Source: Longibaculum muris
GTDB taxonomy: Bacteria; Bacillota_I; Bacilli_A; Erysipelotrichales; Coprobacillaceae
Length of the DNA stretch: 24,000 nt
Assembly (NCBI RefSeq): GCF_004343035.1
Contig: NZ_SMCQ01000019.1
Location: 19,833-43,832, forward strand
Direction of reading: 5' to 3'
Every line of letters starts with the position of its first letter. Positions within the stretch are counted from its first letter, which is position 1. Shown in pieces: positions 23,218 through 24,000 of this stretch. The notes below the pieces were generated by a model, which did no database searches, was not told the origin of the DNA, and saw nothing but the letters and a program-made list of their open reading frames with translations. A program made the translations under genes and the position numbers.

Positions 23218-23890
23218 ATAATTCTTTATCATATCCTTCTAAAATAGCAAATGAACTACTTGTTCCAATTCTTTGAGCACCTGCTTCAATCATTTTCTTG
23301 CATAATTGCCAATCCCTAATACCACCAGCAGCCTTCACTTTTACACTATCCCCTACTACACTTTTCATAAGTTTCACATCTTCTACCATCGCTCCACTAA
23401 TACCAAAGCCTGTACTTGTCTTAATATAATCAGGTCGAACTTCCTTAGCAATCATAGCTAATTGACGAATTTCATCTTTTTCTAAATAACAATTTTCAAA
23501 GATAACCTTAGAAATAACATTATTTTCTTTACAGATAGATACAATACTTTCCATTTCTTTTTTAATATAATCCCAATCATGCATTCTTGCTTTTCCAATA
23601 TTAATAACATAATCAATTTCATCAGCACCATCTTCAATTGCTTGCTTTGTTTCCGCTAACTTAATATCTAAAGTTGTTTGTCCTAATGGAAATGAAATAG
23701 CTGCACCCACATGAATATCAGTTCCTTCTAATTGTTGTTTACAAAACTTTACAGCAACACTATTAATTGCTACCATTGCTGCTCCTAATTCTTTTGCTTC
23801 ATCACATAATTTAATAAAATCTTCTTTTGTTGCATATGGTTTTAATAAAGTATGATCAAACATTTTTGCAAGTTCTTTTCTTGTTATCAT
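23216..23890 (-). CDS. deoC: deoxyribose-phosphate aldolase
   Basis: 224 aa. FDHTLLKP, DYVINIG, YIKTSTGF (Schiff-base Lys) and VKAAGGIR are all present. RBS AAAGGAGA. Confidence 0.93.
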   Translation of the reverse strand: MITRKELAKMFDHTLLKPYATKEDFIKLCDEAKELGAAMVAINSVAVKFCKQQLEGTDIHVGAAISFPLGQTTLDIKLAETKQAIEDGADEIDYVINIGKARMHDWDYIKKEMESIVSICKENNVISKVIFENCYLEKDEIRQLAMIAKEVRPDYIKTSTGFGISGAMVEDVKLMKSVVGDSVKVKAAGGIRDWQLCKKMIEAGAQRIGTSSSFAILEGYDKEL

Positions 23891-24000
23891 TTTATATCTC
23901 CTTTACATGCCTGTATTTATATTATCTATTTTACATAATTTTTATCATATTTAAAAGTGATTAACACTAAACATGAAAACTTTTTAAGAATCAATAATTT

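Noticed and set aside
23891-24000. Operator upstream of deoC (AGTG-ATTAA-CACT at about 23956-23968)
   Set aside because: The arms are only 4 bp in AT-rich sequence, the region is cut by the window edge, and it matches no regulator site I know.

Overview
AT-rich (roughly 30% GC by eye) chromosomal segment typical of a low-GC Bacillota genome. A gut Erysipelotrichia/Clostridia-type origin is my inference only. I count 24 protein-coding genes in about 12 tightly packed transcription units, with sigma-A-like promoters and hairpin terminators at nearly every unit boundary. I saw no rRNA, tRNA, CRISPR array, transposase, integrase or phage gene. Content is mostly housekeeping and transport: a partial Clp AAA+ ATPase (missing from the ORF track because it runs off the left edge), ychF-srtB, a PAP2 phosphatase, MarR-DegV, two AEC permeases, MATE-MarR, folD-DUF951-GNAT-yjbQ, a CDF transporter plus an unknown membrane protein, a COG2509-type FAD oxidoreductase, a GH1 6-phospho-beta-glucosidase operon, ROK-PHP, mgtE and deoC. 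It therefore reads as an ordinary core region, and I could not defend any multi-gene system as novel. Four things do not fit the housekeeping picture. (1) An orphan 776-aa cytoplasmic protein (14297-16627, minus) combines an SMI1/KNR4 (SUKH)-like N-terminus, helical repeats, internalin-type LRRs and an unassignable C-terminal ~280 aa. It sits between hairpins and has no clear promoter. This is the best single candidate. (2) The mgtE leader has no M-box. It has two mutually exclusive hairpins and a 19-codon Lys/Pro-containing uORF instead. (3) The phospho-specific GH1 operon has no PTS gene. It is translationally coupled to an 83-aa YloV-like mini-protein and an AEC permease, and lies behind a 353-bp repeat-rich control region. 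(4) A perfect 20-bp palindrome sits on the promoter of a MarR-DegV operon. All functional calls come from reading the translated sequences and motifs. No database search was possible.
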